Assembly: GCA_004431415.1 (NCBI GenBank)
Contig: QPMI01000428.1
Span: forward strand, 1-64,000
Direction: 5' to 3'
DNA from: Cyanophora paradoxa CCMP329
Lineage: Eukaryota; Plantae; Glaucophyta
DNA length: 64,000 nt
Numbering within the stretch: the stretch's first letter is position 1; each line of letters starts with the position of its first letter. A program made the position numbers and the translations under genes. This document shows positions 20,101 through 30,791 of this stretch, in pieces. The notes below the pieces were generated by a model that made no database searches, was not told where the DNA came from, and saw only the letters and a list, made by a program, of their open reading frames with translations.

Positions 20101-22091
20101 TCCATATTGATTCAAGGTCCAGAAAAGAAACTCCCAATTCACCCGATCATAGGCTTTGGAGAAATCAAGGAACCCAAACAAAGTTCCTCGAGATCGGGAT
20201 TATCCCCCTCATAATACATCAATAAATATACGAGCATAAATTGATGCACCGCAGAACGTTTGGTGATAAAACCCGACTGATATTTTGATATTAAGCGGGG
20301 CATGATAGGGGTCAAGCGGTTAGATAATGCCCGCTCGACTGCTCGCTCCTCTACATTCGATAGAGCGATAGGCCGACGGTTAGTGACCAAAGTCGCATCC
20401 GTACCAGGTTTCGGAATTGGGACAATGAGGATATCTCGTAGCGAGCCAGGGGCCGCCTTCCGATTATGCATAGCCTTAAGGTATTCCATAAAATCTGGAC
20501 CAATGTCGCCCCAGAAAGTACTATAAAATTCAGGTACTAAACCATCAAGTCCAGGGATTTTCTAAGCCCAGATATATCCTTAAACGATTGCAACAATTCA
20601 TAGGCGGCCAGTGGGGTATCGAGATCCACGGCCTCCCGCGGAATGAGTTTATAAGGCGCATACAGTGACGCACATTCAGCCCGTTCATCACGATGCGCCG
20701 CCACCACACTTTGAGCTTGCTGACCATCGTATAAATCAGCGAAATGAGCTGCCGACAACGTCATAAGCACAAAGGGATTATCAGAAGCATAAGAGGGATC
20801 CGGGGTGTTGGCCGGCCGGAGTTTATTCTCACATCCGGTCTCCTGCTCAGCAGTTCCGAAATAATGAGTGAAAAACTCCCGCCTCGATGTGGCCTCGTTC
20901 TGACTTGAGAATAGCGAGTCAGCTTGAACGGCAGCCCTACACACTTGAGGCATGCGCTCCCGCAGCTCTCTATAAAGAGCAGAGCGGCCACTCAAGAAAC
21001 TGTCCCGTAAGATCTCGCCCTGCGAATAGGCGGTGATGAGACGTTCGAGACGTTTCATGGCAGACCAGTAAGCCGACTTATTCTTGCGCCGCTCAGTCGA
21101 CTCCCACGCAGAGAGAGCAGTCTGTAGATACCGTTTAAGAGCTTCGAAGCGAAGAATAGAATCGGATGCAGGCGAAGGCCACTCAGCACGCCACATCTGA
21201 AAAACCTTCCGAATTTCAGCGAGATACGCTGGGTTCTTCCCATAAAGGTCCCATCGCATCTTCCAGCGACCCGGCCCACGCTGATGAACTGGAGGGGACA
21301 GCGTGAGTTGAATTCCAATGTGATCAGAAAGAGGCCTATCAAGATGTCTGGAAGTGTATTTCATCCATGGGACGAGCACTGGGTTCCATGCGAGTAGGGA
21401 TTGAGAGACAAAGAAATAATCTAGACGAGATTCGACGGCCCCGAGGCTGCCTGGGCATTAGTCCGATAAAACGTTTTAAATCGATTAGACCGGCGCTCAT
21501 CCGTACAAAGCGATGCAACATCCTGGAGTTGATATTGCGAGCAAACCGCTTCAAAGGATGCAGGGGCGACACCCGCCCCGAAGTACTGTTCGCGTCAGAA
21601 GGCAAAAGGTGAAAGTTAAAATCACCACATAAGATTAAATGGGACCCCACAGGAACGACCGACTCCAGAGTATGACACAATGTCTCGTAGAAGCCTAACC
21701 GTTCAGCATCCTGAACAGGTGCGTAAATGTTGCACAGGTAAATATTTACAGTTCCAGAGCGCAACAGGAACAGCTGCAGCCGGGAACTCTGTGCAGGAGC
21801 TAGCGAGGTAATGCTAAATCGCTTATTAGGGAAGAGAGTAGCTACACCTTGACTGGCAACTTCTGGATTGAAAGCCCAGTACGAAGGGGTAGCCCCCCAC
21901 TTGCCTTTCAGAAAAGCAGCGTCTACTTTACTCGATACGTGAGTTTCCTGTAAACAAACTATGGATTTGCGAGACTGTTCACGAGCACACTTAAGGAGAT
22001 AATCAACGTGGTGCATACCAAGTGAAGCACAGAAGCTTGTGTCTCCTACTAATTTCCCTGCAACGTTCAGGGAGACAATATTGATGGCCAT
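17134..22091 (-). pseudogene. LINE ORF2: APE endonuclease + reverse transcriptase + CCHC + Pro-rich/C2H2 extension, ~4 frameshifts
   Basis: APE motifs IVSLNV, LQETH, NIYAP, GDFN, SDH. RT motifs RPIALSN, QSGF, DFSKAYDRV, GVRQGGPLSP, QFADDT, KYLG. Then CRAC..HVFFDC and CPICGKNF...RHVRADKH. Confidence 0.9.
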
Positions 22092-22567
22092 AGTATGATC
22101 ACGGTGGTTTAAAGAATCCAGAGAAAACTATGTACAAGCTTAAATTGAAGAAGGGCAAAATACGAGACGACCCTACTTGCCAGTGCCAGAACCGGCACAA
22201 GTGCCAGAACCGGCACCCCGAACGCGTGTTGGAATTGTACGGCCGGCGGCAGCGATCTGCATGTTCGTCATCTCCGTGGGCAGGCCAGCGGGCTGCGCTC
22301 AGAAACAAGGTGAGGGCGAGTTGAAAAAAGTAATAAGAGTGCCAATTTATGAGATGTCTATGCATCGTATTTAAACAGTAATCCAGTTTTAAAGCCCAGA
22401 TCAGAACAATTGCAAGTTCAAGGTGCCGCAGCTGCAGCGCAGCCTTGGCATCATGCCGCAGCTGCAGTGCAGCTTTGGCAGTCCACAACCCCAACTGCAG
22501 CGCAGCCGGGGGGCCACCAACTGTACACCCCTATTAGATCTGAACAAAAAGAAAGAGCTCACCGGGT

Positions 22568-23746
22568 CTATAGCCATGTCCGAAGGGCCGCCAGCGGAGC
22601 CAGAGGGGCGGGAGGTGCGGCAGAGGCCTTCCCGGCCCGGGCTTGGAGAATGGCCTGAAGGGGGAAGACAATGCGGTGGGCAGGCTTGGAGAGCTGTCCG
22701 TCAGGCCCTGGCGGGGCGGAGAGCTCAAGGCCCATAGGACCAGTTGCCTCTGTCCAACGCGGGCCAGTTGCTGGGTAAGAATAAGTAAACTGATCAGCTG
22801 CAGGCTTATCTGCAGCTGCGCTGGGCCCAGCTGCGGCTGTCTCCTTGCGGGCCGCCTTCTGAGGCCGGGACGCTGAGGACGGAGTGGACGCGGCGGAGAG
22901 TTTGGAGGTATGAAATTCAGAGAGAGAGGGGTGATGGTCAGCTAGGGGATGAGGAAGGTGAGGCCGGCCTCCGCAACCATACAGGCGGCAGTCCCGCCAG
23001 CTGGCCGCCACACGAAGCTCAAGCCCGTCGCCAAAGGTAACCGTATTAGGAAGAGCAACTTGCACATCGAGCGGGGGCAGCTCAGAGAGATAGATCTTCA
23101 TAATCCCGGCTGGCATGCCCCGCTGCTGATAATGAATGTGCCGGACTTTCAGGCCGCGCTGCGCCAGCCAATGGCGGATAGGGTCCTCATCGGGCCGATG
23201 CTGAAACTTCTCAAGCCAGATCCAGTGATCCTGGCCCTGCGGGCGCTGAAGCGGCGGCTGGCCAGGGTCAGGAGGCAGACCGCCCGCCGGCGGCGTCGGC
23301 TCACGGCCGACAATCCAAGCGGCCGCAAGAATGCCAAGGGCTGGAACGGCCAACTGGAGGCCAGCTGCACCGACCGATGTCAGGAACCGCTCACAATGCG
23401 CAGTACTACTGAAGATCACAAGAAAACCGCGACCCCAGCGCGCGACCGAATGCGCTGGCTCGCTGGTAAGAGCGCTCACACGCTCAGTGATCAGCTGCTG
23501 TAGCGCATCGAAGGCCGGCTGCGTGTAGAAGGTCCAAGCAGTCGGAGGAATGATGCTAGCATAACTGAAGGTTGGCGGATAGAGCTGGGCGACGGTCGCA
23601 ACAGTAACAAGCGTGAGCACTGTCAATGGCACAGCGCTAGTCGGAAACAGCCGCTGCCACTCCGCCTGCAGCGGGGCAAGGTCGAAGTTGGCTGTCGCCC
23701 GGTTCTGCTCTGATCGCGGCATACGCTCAAGCTCGTCTAGAGCCAC
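22568..23746 (-). CDS. LINE ORF1 (RRM-like region + degenerate Zn knuckle); may extend by frameshift to 22099
   Basis: It lies upstream of ORF2 and contains HWIWLEKF...LELRV...CRLYGC...H. The 22099-22494 frame stops 7 nt before the ORF2 ATG. Confidence 0.65.
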   Translation of the reverse strand: MALDELERMPRSEQNRATANFDLAPLQAEWQRLFPTSAVPLTVLTLVTVATVAQLYPPTFSYASIIPPTAWTFYTQPAFDALQQLITERVSALTSEPAHSVARWGRGFLVIFSSTAHCERFLTSVGAAGLQLAVPALGILAAAWIVGREPTPPAGGLPPDPGQPPLQRPQGQDHWIWLEKFQHRPDEDPIRHWLAQRGLKVRHIHYQQRGMPAGIMKIYLSELPPLDVQVALPNTVTFGDGLELRVAASWRDCRLYGCGGRPHLPHPLADHHPSLSEFHTSKLSAASTPSSASRPQKAARKETAAAGPSAAADKPAADQFTYSYPATGPRWTEATGPMGLELSAPPGPDGQLSKPAHRIVFPLQAILQARAGKASAAPPAPLAPLAALRTWL

Positions 23747-24467
23747 AGATTACGATCCAGATGGTTGACGTGAGAGACGTGCACGCGTCTGGGCTAACAG
23801 ACGCGCTCCCGCAGCGCGGGGGGGTACTTAAATATATAAAACTTGGCCCTTCCTGAGGCGAAATACTGGAGCCCGAAATTAGTGGATCGTAAACTTTTCA
23901 GGCTTGTATGGGGCGGTAATTGTGGGGGGTATAGTATAAGATGGCTTAGCAGGAGGGAAATACTGGATTACGAAATTAGTAGACTGAGTCAAGATTTCGG
24001 TCCACTAATTTCGGGCTCAACTAATTTTCAGCGTCCAGCTAGTATTTTCCTGCTATACGGTAGTCGTAACTTCCACTCGTAAGTTCCGTAACTTACCTCA
24101 AGTTACCTGCAGTGTCGAGTCACTGTCGACGTCCTGCAGCTGCACACTCATGATCATCATGGCATGCCATGATGACTCAGTGATCAGTGACTGTACATGT
24201 GCCAATTCTGGCGGTCATTAAGTTCTTTTTTTCTGGTGAATTAAGTTCAACGGTTCAACGGTTACTAAGTTAGGCGTCGCTTTGCTTAAACTCTGGATTT
24301 CTTCTATGGCGCCGCGGCGCCACACAAAAGCAGCCGTTTAGCCCTACCCCGGGCGGGCTGGCCCCCCCGAGAATTGCCGTTACTTAAAATTGCCGAATTC
24401 GGCCTCTCTACATGCAATATACGGCAATTTAAAACATCGGCTAAAAAAGCATTCCGGCCTACAGCTA

Positions 24468-24548
24468 CCGTGTAATACTTATCTACTGCGCCACAAATTA
24501 CTGCCGCAGTGCGTTCCATAATTAATTTCTGCGCCGGTAGGCGCTTTA
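24468..24548. mobile_element. Partial MITE (TA-TSD family), same family as 52144-52393
   Basis: Reverse complement of 52325-52393 apart from small insertions and substitutions. Confidence 0.8.
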
Positions 24549-24646
24549 ATTTGATTACTGCCGTGAACGGTGAACGTTACTAACTTAGTAAGTTAGTACA
24601 ATGTAATGTAACTTTTTATGTAAGCTGGTACTATGACTCAGTGAGG

Positions 24647-25144
24647 TAGGCTTGCGACTAGCTCGGAGCCCCCCCGGCTCTAGTCAAGTCAAGCCGCCCA
24701 GACTCCTGGCTCTAGCCGCTAGCTAGTTTGGCTAGCGGAGGCGCCTTCGGCGCCTAACTAGCCGGCTAGCTAGTTTCGGGCTTCTCCCCCCCCCTCTAGC
24801 CGCCTCTAGTCCCGCGAAAAGCACGTCTATCGTGTTGTTGAACGCGAAAACATGCTCGCAATCACCTTAACATCACCTTGACACTCTTTTGAGGCTTCAA
24901 ATCACAAGTTTTACACTCTTTCCTAGCCAGTTCTCCCCCTTTCTGTACCCCTTCTGAGGGGTAGCCCCCCCCCTGGGGGCCCGGCTGGCCGACGGCTGGC
25001 CAGTCGGCTAGCCTGATGGCCCGCTAGTCGGGCTGGCCAGCCGACTAGCGTTCCCAAGAGGGCGGCTAGAGTCGCGGGCCGAGGGCCGCTAGTCAAGCCG
25101 GCTAGCTACTAGGGCTAGTCGGCTTGACTAGAGCCGCAAGCCTA
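24647..25144. mobile_element. hAT-like non-autonomous element (TAGGCTTGCG termini)
   Basis: taggcttgcg...cgcaagccta. The right flank is ctatgagg, and the left flank is the same 8-mer carrying an 8-bp insertion. CTAG-rich subterminal repeats are present. Confidence 0.75.
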
Positions 25145-26471
25145 CTATGAGGCAGTATGAGCGCTCAGTGTCAGAGTCAGTGATCGTGAATCGTGCCACG
25201 GTGATCATGATCAGGCTCAGATCAGCTAGCGCACTGTACAGTCCGACGGTACTGCGGCAGTGCCGCCGCCGCAGCCTGGCAGTGCGCGCACCGGTACCGT
25301 GACTCATCAGCCTGGCACTGGCTGCCAGTGGCTGGCAGTGAGTCAGTGACTGCCCGGCCCGGCGGGCCCGGGGGCCGGCGGTGCGCACTGCCGCAGTGCG
25401 GCCCGGCGGCATGCCCGCGCCGGCGTCGGCCCCGCGGCCGGCCGCGGCCGTGCCTGCAAGGCCAACTACCAGTAGTACTAAAAGTTAGCCGGCTGCGCAT
25501 GCAAGGCCTTGCATGGCAATGCATGCGCACTGCGGCAGGCTAGCGATAGCCGCTGAGCAGCCTCCTCGTCAGTGAGTCGTCACGGCCCGCGGGCCGCGGC
25601 GTCGCGTTCGGCAGCTGCAGCTGCAGGCGACGCGTACGGCAGCCCACGATCATCGCGTACAAAGGCAGGATATCGATGAGCAACCCTAGGCCTTCCATCT
25701 CGAGCCCTCGAGCTCGGGGTTCGAGATGTAAATCGCTCTCGCTGCAGCTGGCCATGGTCGCACTCGCCGCAGCGGTGCTCCTCGGCTGCAGCTGCCCCGG
25801 TGACTGCAGCTGCCCCGGCCCCCGGCCGCGGGTCACCGCCCGTAGCGATTGCAAGCTGCACGCACATGTGTAACTGCAGATATAAATCTCTAGATCTAGA
25901 CCGTGAGCTTGTTTCGCGCGAACGTTAACGCCAACGCGCATGCACATGCGCAGGGGTCGGGGCGCTCTCGGACCGCCTGCTGCCGGGCATCCGCTCGCTG
26001 CCCGTCGGGAGCGGCTGGAGCGACATCGCCCAGGGGAACTACACATTCTGTTTGGGAAATGATCCTGGCGCAGGCGGCTCCCCGCCCGTGGAAGGTGAGT
26101 TGACGGTTGCAATTGTGCTTGCGATCATCGAATTGCGATCATATGCATGCTCGACGGTCCTGTTTACGCACATGTATATATGCGCCCGCAGGAACTGGCA
26201 CTGGGGCGAAGTTCGTCGATGGAATTACGAGTGCGTACGATCATAATCATGAGCATAATACTTCAGAACTTCGGGATATCGTAGTATCTGCGAATAAACG
26301 CTGCTCCAGCTCGCTAATGATCAATCGCGGTCGCATTCAGGTCTCCATTACTCGCAGTTCAATGGTTGGTGTATCTATACATGAACTTATAAGCCTAGAG
26401 CTTTCGCCGTAGTATCACGCACTTACGCACCGTGGCCGCCGGCCGCGGCGCGCGTGCGCAGGATACCTCTA

Positions 26472-26594
26472 CCTATCTAAATAGCGGAGAGGTTTCCAGG
26501 TTCTAGCTAGACGATAAAACTATATAATCGAAGCTGATTGCATATGCGAGTTTAGGTTCTAGTTAGTCAATAATACTGTGTGGATGATAGCGCC
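26472..26594 (+). repeat. Left TIR of D1 (123 bp, outer part missing)
   Basis: Exact reverse complement of 36892-37014. Confidence 0.92.
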
Positions 26595-26723
26595 GGTCTT
26601 TGAATCACCAAAGGGTCACCGCAATTGAGGTTTCTCTTATTTTGTCTTAAAGAGATCCCTTTCCAATATTGCTATGTGAAGTTGCGTTTGGAACAAGCAA
26701 AAAAATTGTGATATATACTTCCA

Positions 26724-29700
26724 ATGGACGTTACCCAAAATAATGCAGCGACTCGGCGCTTCCGGTTGGCCAGAATCAAAGACCAGATCGAAGCGCTCGC
26801 GATTTCATTGTATAATCGACGCGTCATACATGGAGCTTTCAAAAATAAATTGATTAGAATTTCAGCACAAGGGTCGAGAACACGGTTTGCAACTTTGGAA
26901 AAGTACGCTTCACTTTTGAACGAACTTGCAAGACTTCCTAGGCCAGCGCGTCCTGTGTCAGGTCGTCGACTAGAGCTGGCGATCGCAGAGGTGCAGGCAG
27001 AGATCGTCCGTGGCTTTGCCGAGCTGCCTGAGGATGACGGTGGAAATGATGTTCAAATCAATGACGGAAATACTACAACAGCGCTTGACGGGCGATATGC
27101 GGAGTGGAAATACCAATTGCCTCGCGGTTCTGGCCGCGTAACATCAATGCAAGCTCGCTTCGAGAATTCTGAGCAGTTCAAACAGAATGCTATATCATTC
27201 GTAAGCGCCCAGGTAAATCTTGCAGAGGCGGTAAGAATGGGCATTGCACTACAAATCTCTGGATTGGGTGTCTACAGAAAGCCAGAGACAGATTCTACGA
27301 TCGCTATCGTTATTGAACATCGTCGTTTCGATCGCATCGAGCCAGGGACAAGCATTGAGGCGGCCTTGCGTTCACAGCTCGAAGAATTAGACATGATCTC
27401 GGCAGAGAAAAGCAGGGATTCCTCAGTATTTGACACGTGGGTGTATCTGGTCTTTAAAACTGTGCGCTATTTCCGCAGGATTGGTGGCCGTGGCCGAGGC
27501 TTTGTACTGCCAAAGTGGCTCTCAGACAAGCACGCGCTTATCAATATAAATGCACCGAACAACGAGTGCTTTAAATACGCAGTCCTTGCTGCTCGCAATC
27601 CATTGGGCGAAGGTGTTGATTCTCGGCATGCAGGGAACTACCGCCAGCACGAGACATCGCTGGACTGCTCAATGCTTACATATCCGACCCCGCTTGACTC
27701 GAGGATGTTCACCAAATTCGAGCAAGCAAATAACGTCAAGCTCTGCGTTTATACAACTGCTCTAGATAAGCAGGATATCATACCAATCCATATCAGTGCT
27801 GCGAGAGACGCAATCCCAATACTGTATGTGCCGGCTGGGGAGGGAAACGATGTCGGGCATTACCTCTGGATTAAGAGCGTCTCACGACTGTTCCGAAAGA
27901 ACGAATCAAATGCAAAGCACTATTGCTTAGCCTGCCAGGTCGGTTTTAGCTCAGATCAAGCATTTGAAAATCATCTGAAATATGACCGTTGCCTTGATCG
28001 GGATGAACACGCAAGAGATGTTCTGCCGGAGAAAGGAGCACATATCCAGAAGTTTATTAACTTTGAGTACTCAATCCGGCAACGTCTGGTCGGATATGCT
28101 GATTCAGAGACGATTACAATGCCAATTCCCTGCATTAGTGGAAAGACCGAAAAGAAAGGTGTGCATGTGATTGCTTCAGTCGGCTGTCTGGTTGTATCTT
28201 CAAAAGGTGAACAGTTTTGTTTCAAATACATGGGTTCGGAGAGCGAGGACTGCACTGAGAAGTTCGTGCAATGGTTGGACGAAATGGAACCACAATTCCG
28301 AGAGCTTTTGCGAGAGACTGCACCAATCCAGATTACTCAGGAAGAGGAGCAGCGTTTTCAAACGACGACCGAGTGCTACATGTGCAAGAACACGTTCAAG
28401 GATGCGAAAGACAAGCACCGTGATCACTGCCACGAATCTGGCCGATATTTCGGGGCTGCCTGCAGAGCTTGCAATCGACGCCGCGCGAAATCAGCTGCTG
28501 TTCCATTATTCTGGCACAACGGTCGAGGATTTGACTTCCACCTGCTCGTACGTGCTCTAGCATCTGGCTATAACCGTCGTTTAGCAGCTTGGAAGGAGTT
28601 TCAAGCGCATGTCGAAAGCGAGTTTGAAAGCAAGTACGGTGGGCGTGAGATGACCCCAGAGCAGAAAAAGAAGGCGAAGAAGGGGCTCGAACGCCGGCTC
28701 CGCCCGCAGAGTCTCCTTTCGATAAAATTCGATCAGGTCTTCCAGAATAGCGAGCGAATTTCGCAGTTCAAGTATGGAATTTACGTTCTACGGGACTCGG
28801 CTCAGCACTTGAATGCGAGCTTGGACGACCTTGCAAAGGCTCTGCCCGCGGAGAAGAAGAAGATCACGCGCTCGCTGTATCTGGACGAGACTCGGTTCAA
28901 GCTGATGACTAGCAAAGGGATTTACCCTTATGACTACATGACGAGCTGGGCTCGCTTTCAGGAGTCTAAACTGCCTGCACGTCGTTATTTCAAAAATCAG
29001 CTTAAACAGAAGAAATGCACGAAAGATGAGTACGCACATGCGAAGGCTGTTTGGCGAGAGCTCGGCTGCAGAACGCTATCAGGCTATACAATGGAGTATA
29101 TGATGACAGATATCGCGTTACTAGCTGACGTGTTTGAAAACTATCGTGATACGTGTATTGAAACGTATGGCCTAGATCCTAGCTATTTTATGTCATCGCC
29201 GGGATTTGCTTGGCAGGCAGCACTTAAGCACACTGGAGTGAAGCTCGAGCTCTTTCACGAGGGGCAGCAGGATATGCACAGATTTATAGAATCCGGGATC
29301 AGGGGCGGAATCTCAATGATCTCAAAACGCTACGCACGAGCTGAGAACAAATATTTGAGCATAAAGTTCAACAAGTACACCCACGCTGTTGAGCCTACAG
29401 TCTCACAGTCTACATGCATTTCTAACTACTACCGAACACACAAGGAATCGTGGCTCATGTACCTCGATGCAAACAACTTGTACGGCGTCGCAATGAAGCG
29501 CAAGCTACCCACAGGAGATTTCCGCTGGGATAAACTAGATCAAGACGTTGATGTAATGCAGTACGTTGCAAGCCTTGACGCGGATGGAGCTCGTGGCTAT
29601 GCTCTCGAAGTCGATATGTACATGCCTGAGCATCTCCATGACGAGTTCTCAGACTATCCGCTGGCCCCTGAACGGATGTGTGTGTCCAAGGAACACCTAT

Positions 29701-30782
29701 CAAAGCGACAACAGGATATGATTAACGACGAGAAGCTTACCTCAGTTGAACGAACTCCAAAGCTCGTTCCAAATCTGCTTCCAAAAAAGAATTATGTTGT
29801 TGATGGACGCTTGCTTCAGCTCTATACGTCACTGGGAATGATAGTAACCAACATCCATCGGATCCTATCGTACGAACAAAGCGCATGGCTAGGGCGTTTC
29901 ATAGATCTCAATACTCAAAAACGTAAAGAATCGCAGTTCACATACCAGAAGGACCTTTACAAGTTGATGAACAACAGTGTCTTTGGCAAAACAATGGAGA
30001 ACGTGAGAAAGCACTGCTTTTCAGAGCTTGTGACTTCGGGAGACCGTCTGGTGAAGATCAACAGCGAACCAAATCGGTTGAAGCAGGTGGTGATGTACGA
30101 AGAGAACCTTGTATTCGTTTCCAAGCGCAAAAGTGAGTACAATCTGAACAAACCTATCTACTGCGGGTTCGTCATCCTCGAACTTTCCAAGCTGCACATG
30201 TACCGCTTTTACTACCAGGTGCTCAAGCTGCTTTGGGGCCAGCGGCTGACACTATTAGGTACGGATACTGACAGTCTCATCATCGAGGTTCGCACCAAAG
30301 ATATCTATGCTGATTTACGCTCAATCAAGCATGAGCTGGATGTTAGCGACTACCCAGAGACACATCGATTCTTCGATGGCATGACAGCCGATGAGGTTCG
30401 AGCTCTACGATCGATGGGGAAAACTCCGGGATTATTCAAGGATGAGCTCCATGGTCTGCAAATGACAGAGTGGATCGCTAACCGGCCGAAATCTTACTAT
30501 TATTCGCGTGAAGATTCCACGGACAAGCAGGTATGCAAGGGTATTCAAAAGACGTACTACAACAGACTCACAAGGGATGTATTCTTCCGGTGCGTCTGCC
30601 CTAAAGAGGGAGAAAAGCAATCGTATGACATCAAAGGAATTCTCGGTTTCCGCTCGAAACTACATGAGATTTATTTACAACGAACCTCGCGTCAGGCTCT
30701 ACATCCCCTTGATACCAAACGCTTCCTCGAGACTGACGGGATCAACACCCGAGCGATTGGACATTATAAAAATCGCGCCTGA
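26724..30782 (+). CDS. Protein-primed DNA polymerase B (intact, 1352 aa)
   Basis: Exonuclease motifs YADSE, HNGRGFD, YMMTD. Polymerase motifs YLDANNLYG, KLMNNSVFGKT, TDTDS. An endoVII-like insert CYMC...DHCH...ACRACN is typical of Polinton PolBs. Confidence 0.97.
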   Translation: MDVTQNNAATRRFRLARIKDQIEALAISLYNRRVIHGAFKNKLIRISAQGSRTRFATLEKYASLLNELARLPRPARPVSGRRLELAIAEVQAEIVRGFAELPEDDGGNDVQINDGNTTTALDGRYAEWKYQLPRGSGRVTSMQARFENSEQFKQNAISFVSAQVNLAEAVRMGIALQISGLGVYRKPETDSTIAIVIEHRRFDRIEPGTSIEAALRSQLEELDMISAEKSRDSSVFDTWVYLVFKTVRYFRRIGGRGRGFVLPKWLSDKHALININAPNNECFKYAVLAARNPLGEGVDSRHAGNYRQHETSLDCSMLTYPTPLDSRMFTKFEQANNVKLCVYTTALDKQDIIPIHISAARDAIPILYVPAGEGNDVGHYLWIKSVSRLFRKNESNAKHYCLACQVGFSSDQAFENHLKYDRCLDRDEHARDVLPEKGAHIQKFINFEYSIRQRLVGYADSETITMPIPCISGKTEKKGVHVIASVGCLVVSSKGEQFCFKYMGSESEDCTEKFVQWLDEMEPQFRELLRETAPIQITQEEEQRFQTTTECYMCKNTFKDAKDKHRDHCHESGRYFGAACRACNRRRAKSAAVPLFWHNGRGFDFHLLVRALASGYNRRLAAWKEFQAHVESEFESKYGGREMTPEQKKKAKKGLERRLRPQSLLSIKFDQVFQNSERISQFKYGIYVLRDSAQHLNASLDDLAKALPAEKKKITRSLYLDETRFKLMTSKGIYPYDYMTSWARFQESKLPARRYFKNQLKQKKCTKDEYAHAKAVWRELGCRTLSGYTMEYMMTDIALLADVFENYRDTCIETYGLDPSYFMSSPGFAWQAALKHTGVKLELFHEGQQDMHRFIESGIRGGISMISKRYARAENKYLSIKFNKYTHAVEPTVSQSTCISNYYRTHKESWLMYLDANNLYGVAMKRKLPTGDFRWDKLDQDVDVMQYVASLDADGARGYALEVDMYMPEHLHDEFSDYPLAPERMCVSKEHLSKRQQDMINDEKLTSVERTPKLVPNLLPKKNYVVDGRLLQLYTSLGMIVTNIHRILSYEQSAWLGRFIDLNTQKRKESQFTYQKDLYKLMNNSVFGKTMENVRKHCFSELVTSGDRLVKINSEPNRLKQVVMYEENLVFVSKRKSEYNLNKPIYCGFVILELSKLHMYRFYYQVLKLLWGQRLTLLGTDTDSLIIEVRTKDIYADLRSIKHELDVSDYPETHRFFDGMTADEVRALRSMGKTPGLFKDELHGLQMTEWIANRPKSYYYSREDSTDKQVCKGIQKTYYNRLTRDVFFRCVCPKEGEKQSYDIKGILGFRSKLHEIYLQRTSRQALHPLDTKRFLETDGINTRAIGHYKNRA

Positions 30783-30791
30783 TTTACAAAG

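Larger units (their letters stand above)
17134..23830 (-). mobile_element. Element C: non-LTR retrotransposon (L1/Tx1 clade), 3' end interrupted
   Basis: ORF1 plus an APE-RT-CCHC ORF2 on the minus strand. No poly(A) tail is visible, and both boundaries are approximate. Confidence 0.88.

Noticed and set aside
18088-22091. RT as a retron, DGR or group II intron diversifying the nearby fibre genes
   Set aside because: The APE-RT-CCHC layout with ORF1 is a LINE, and I found no TR/VR repeat pair.
24100-26420. ORFs in the palindrome-rich block
   Set aside because: They are explained by MITE remnants and insertion scars, with no coding signal.
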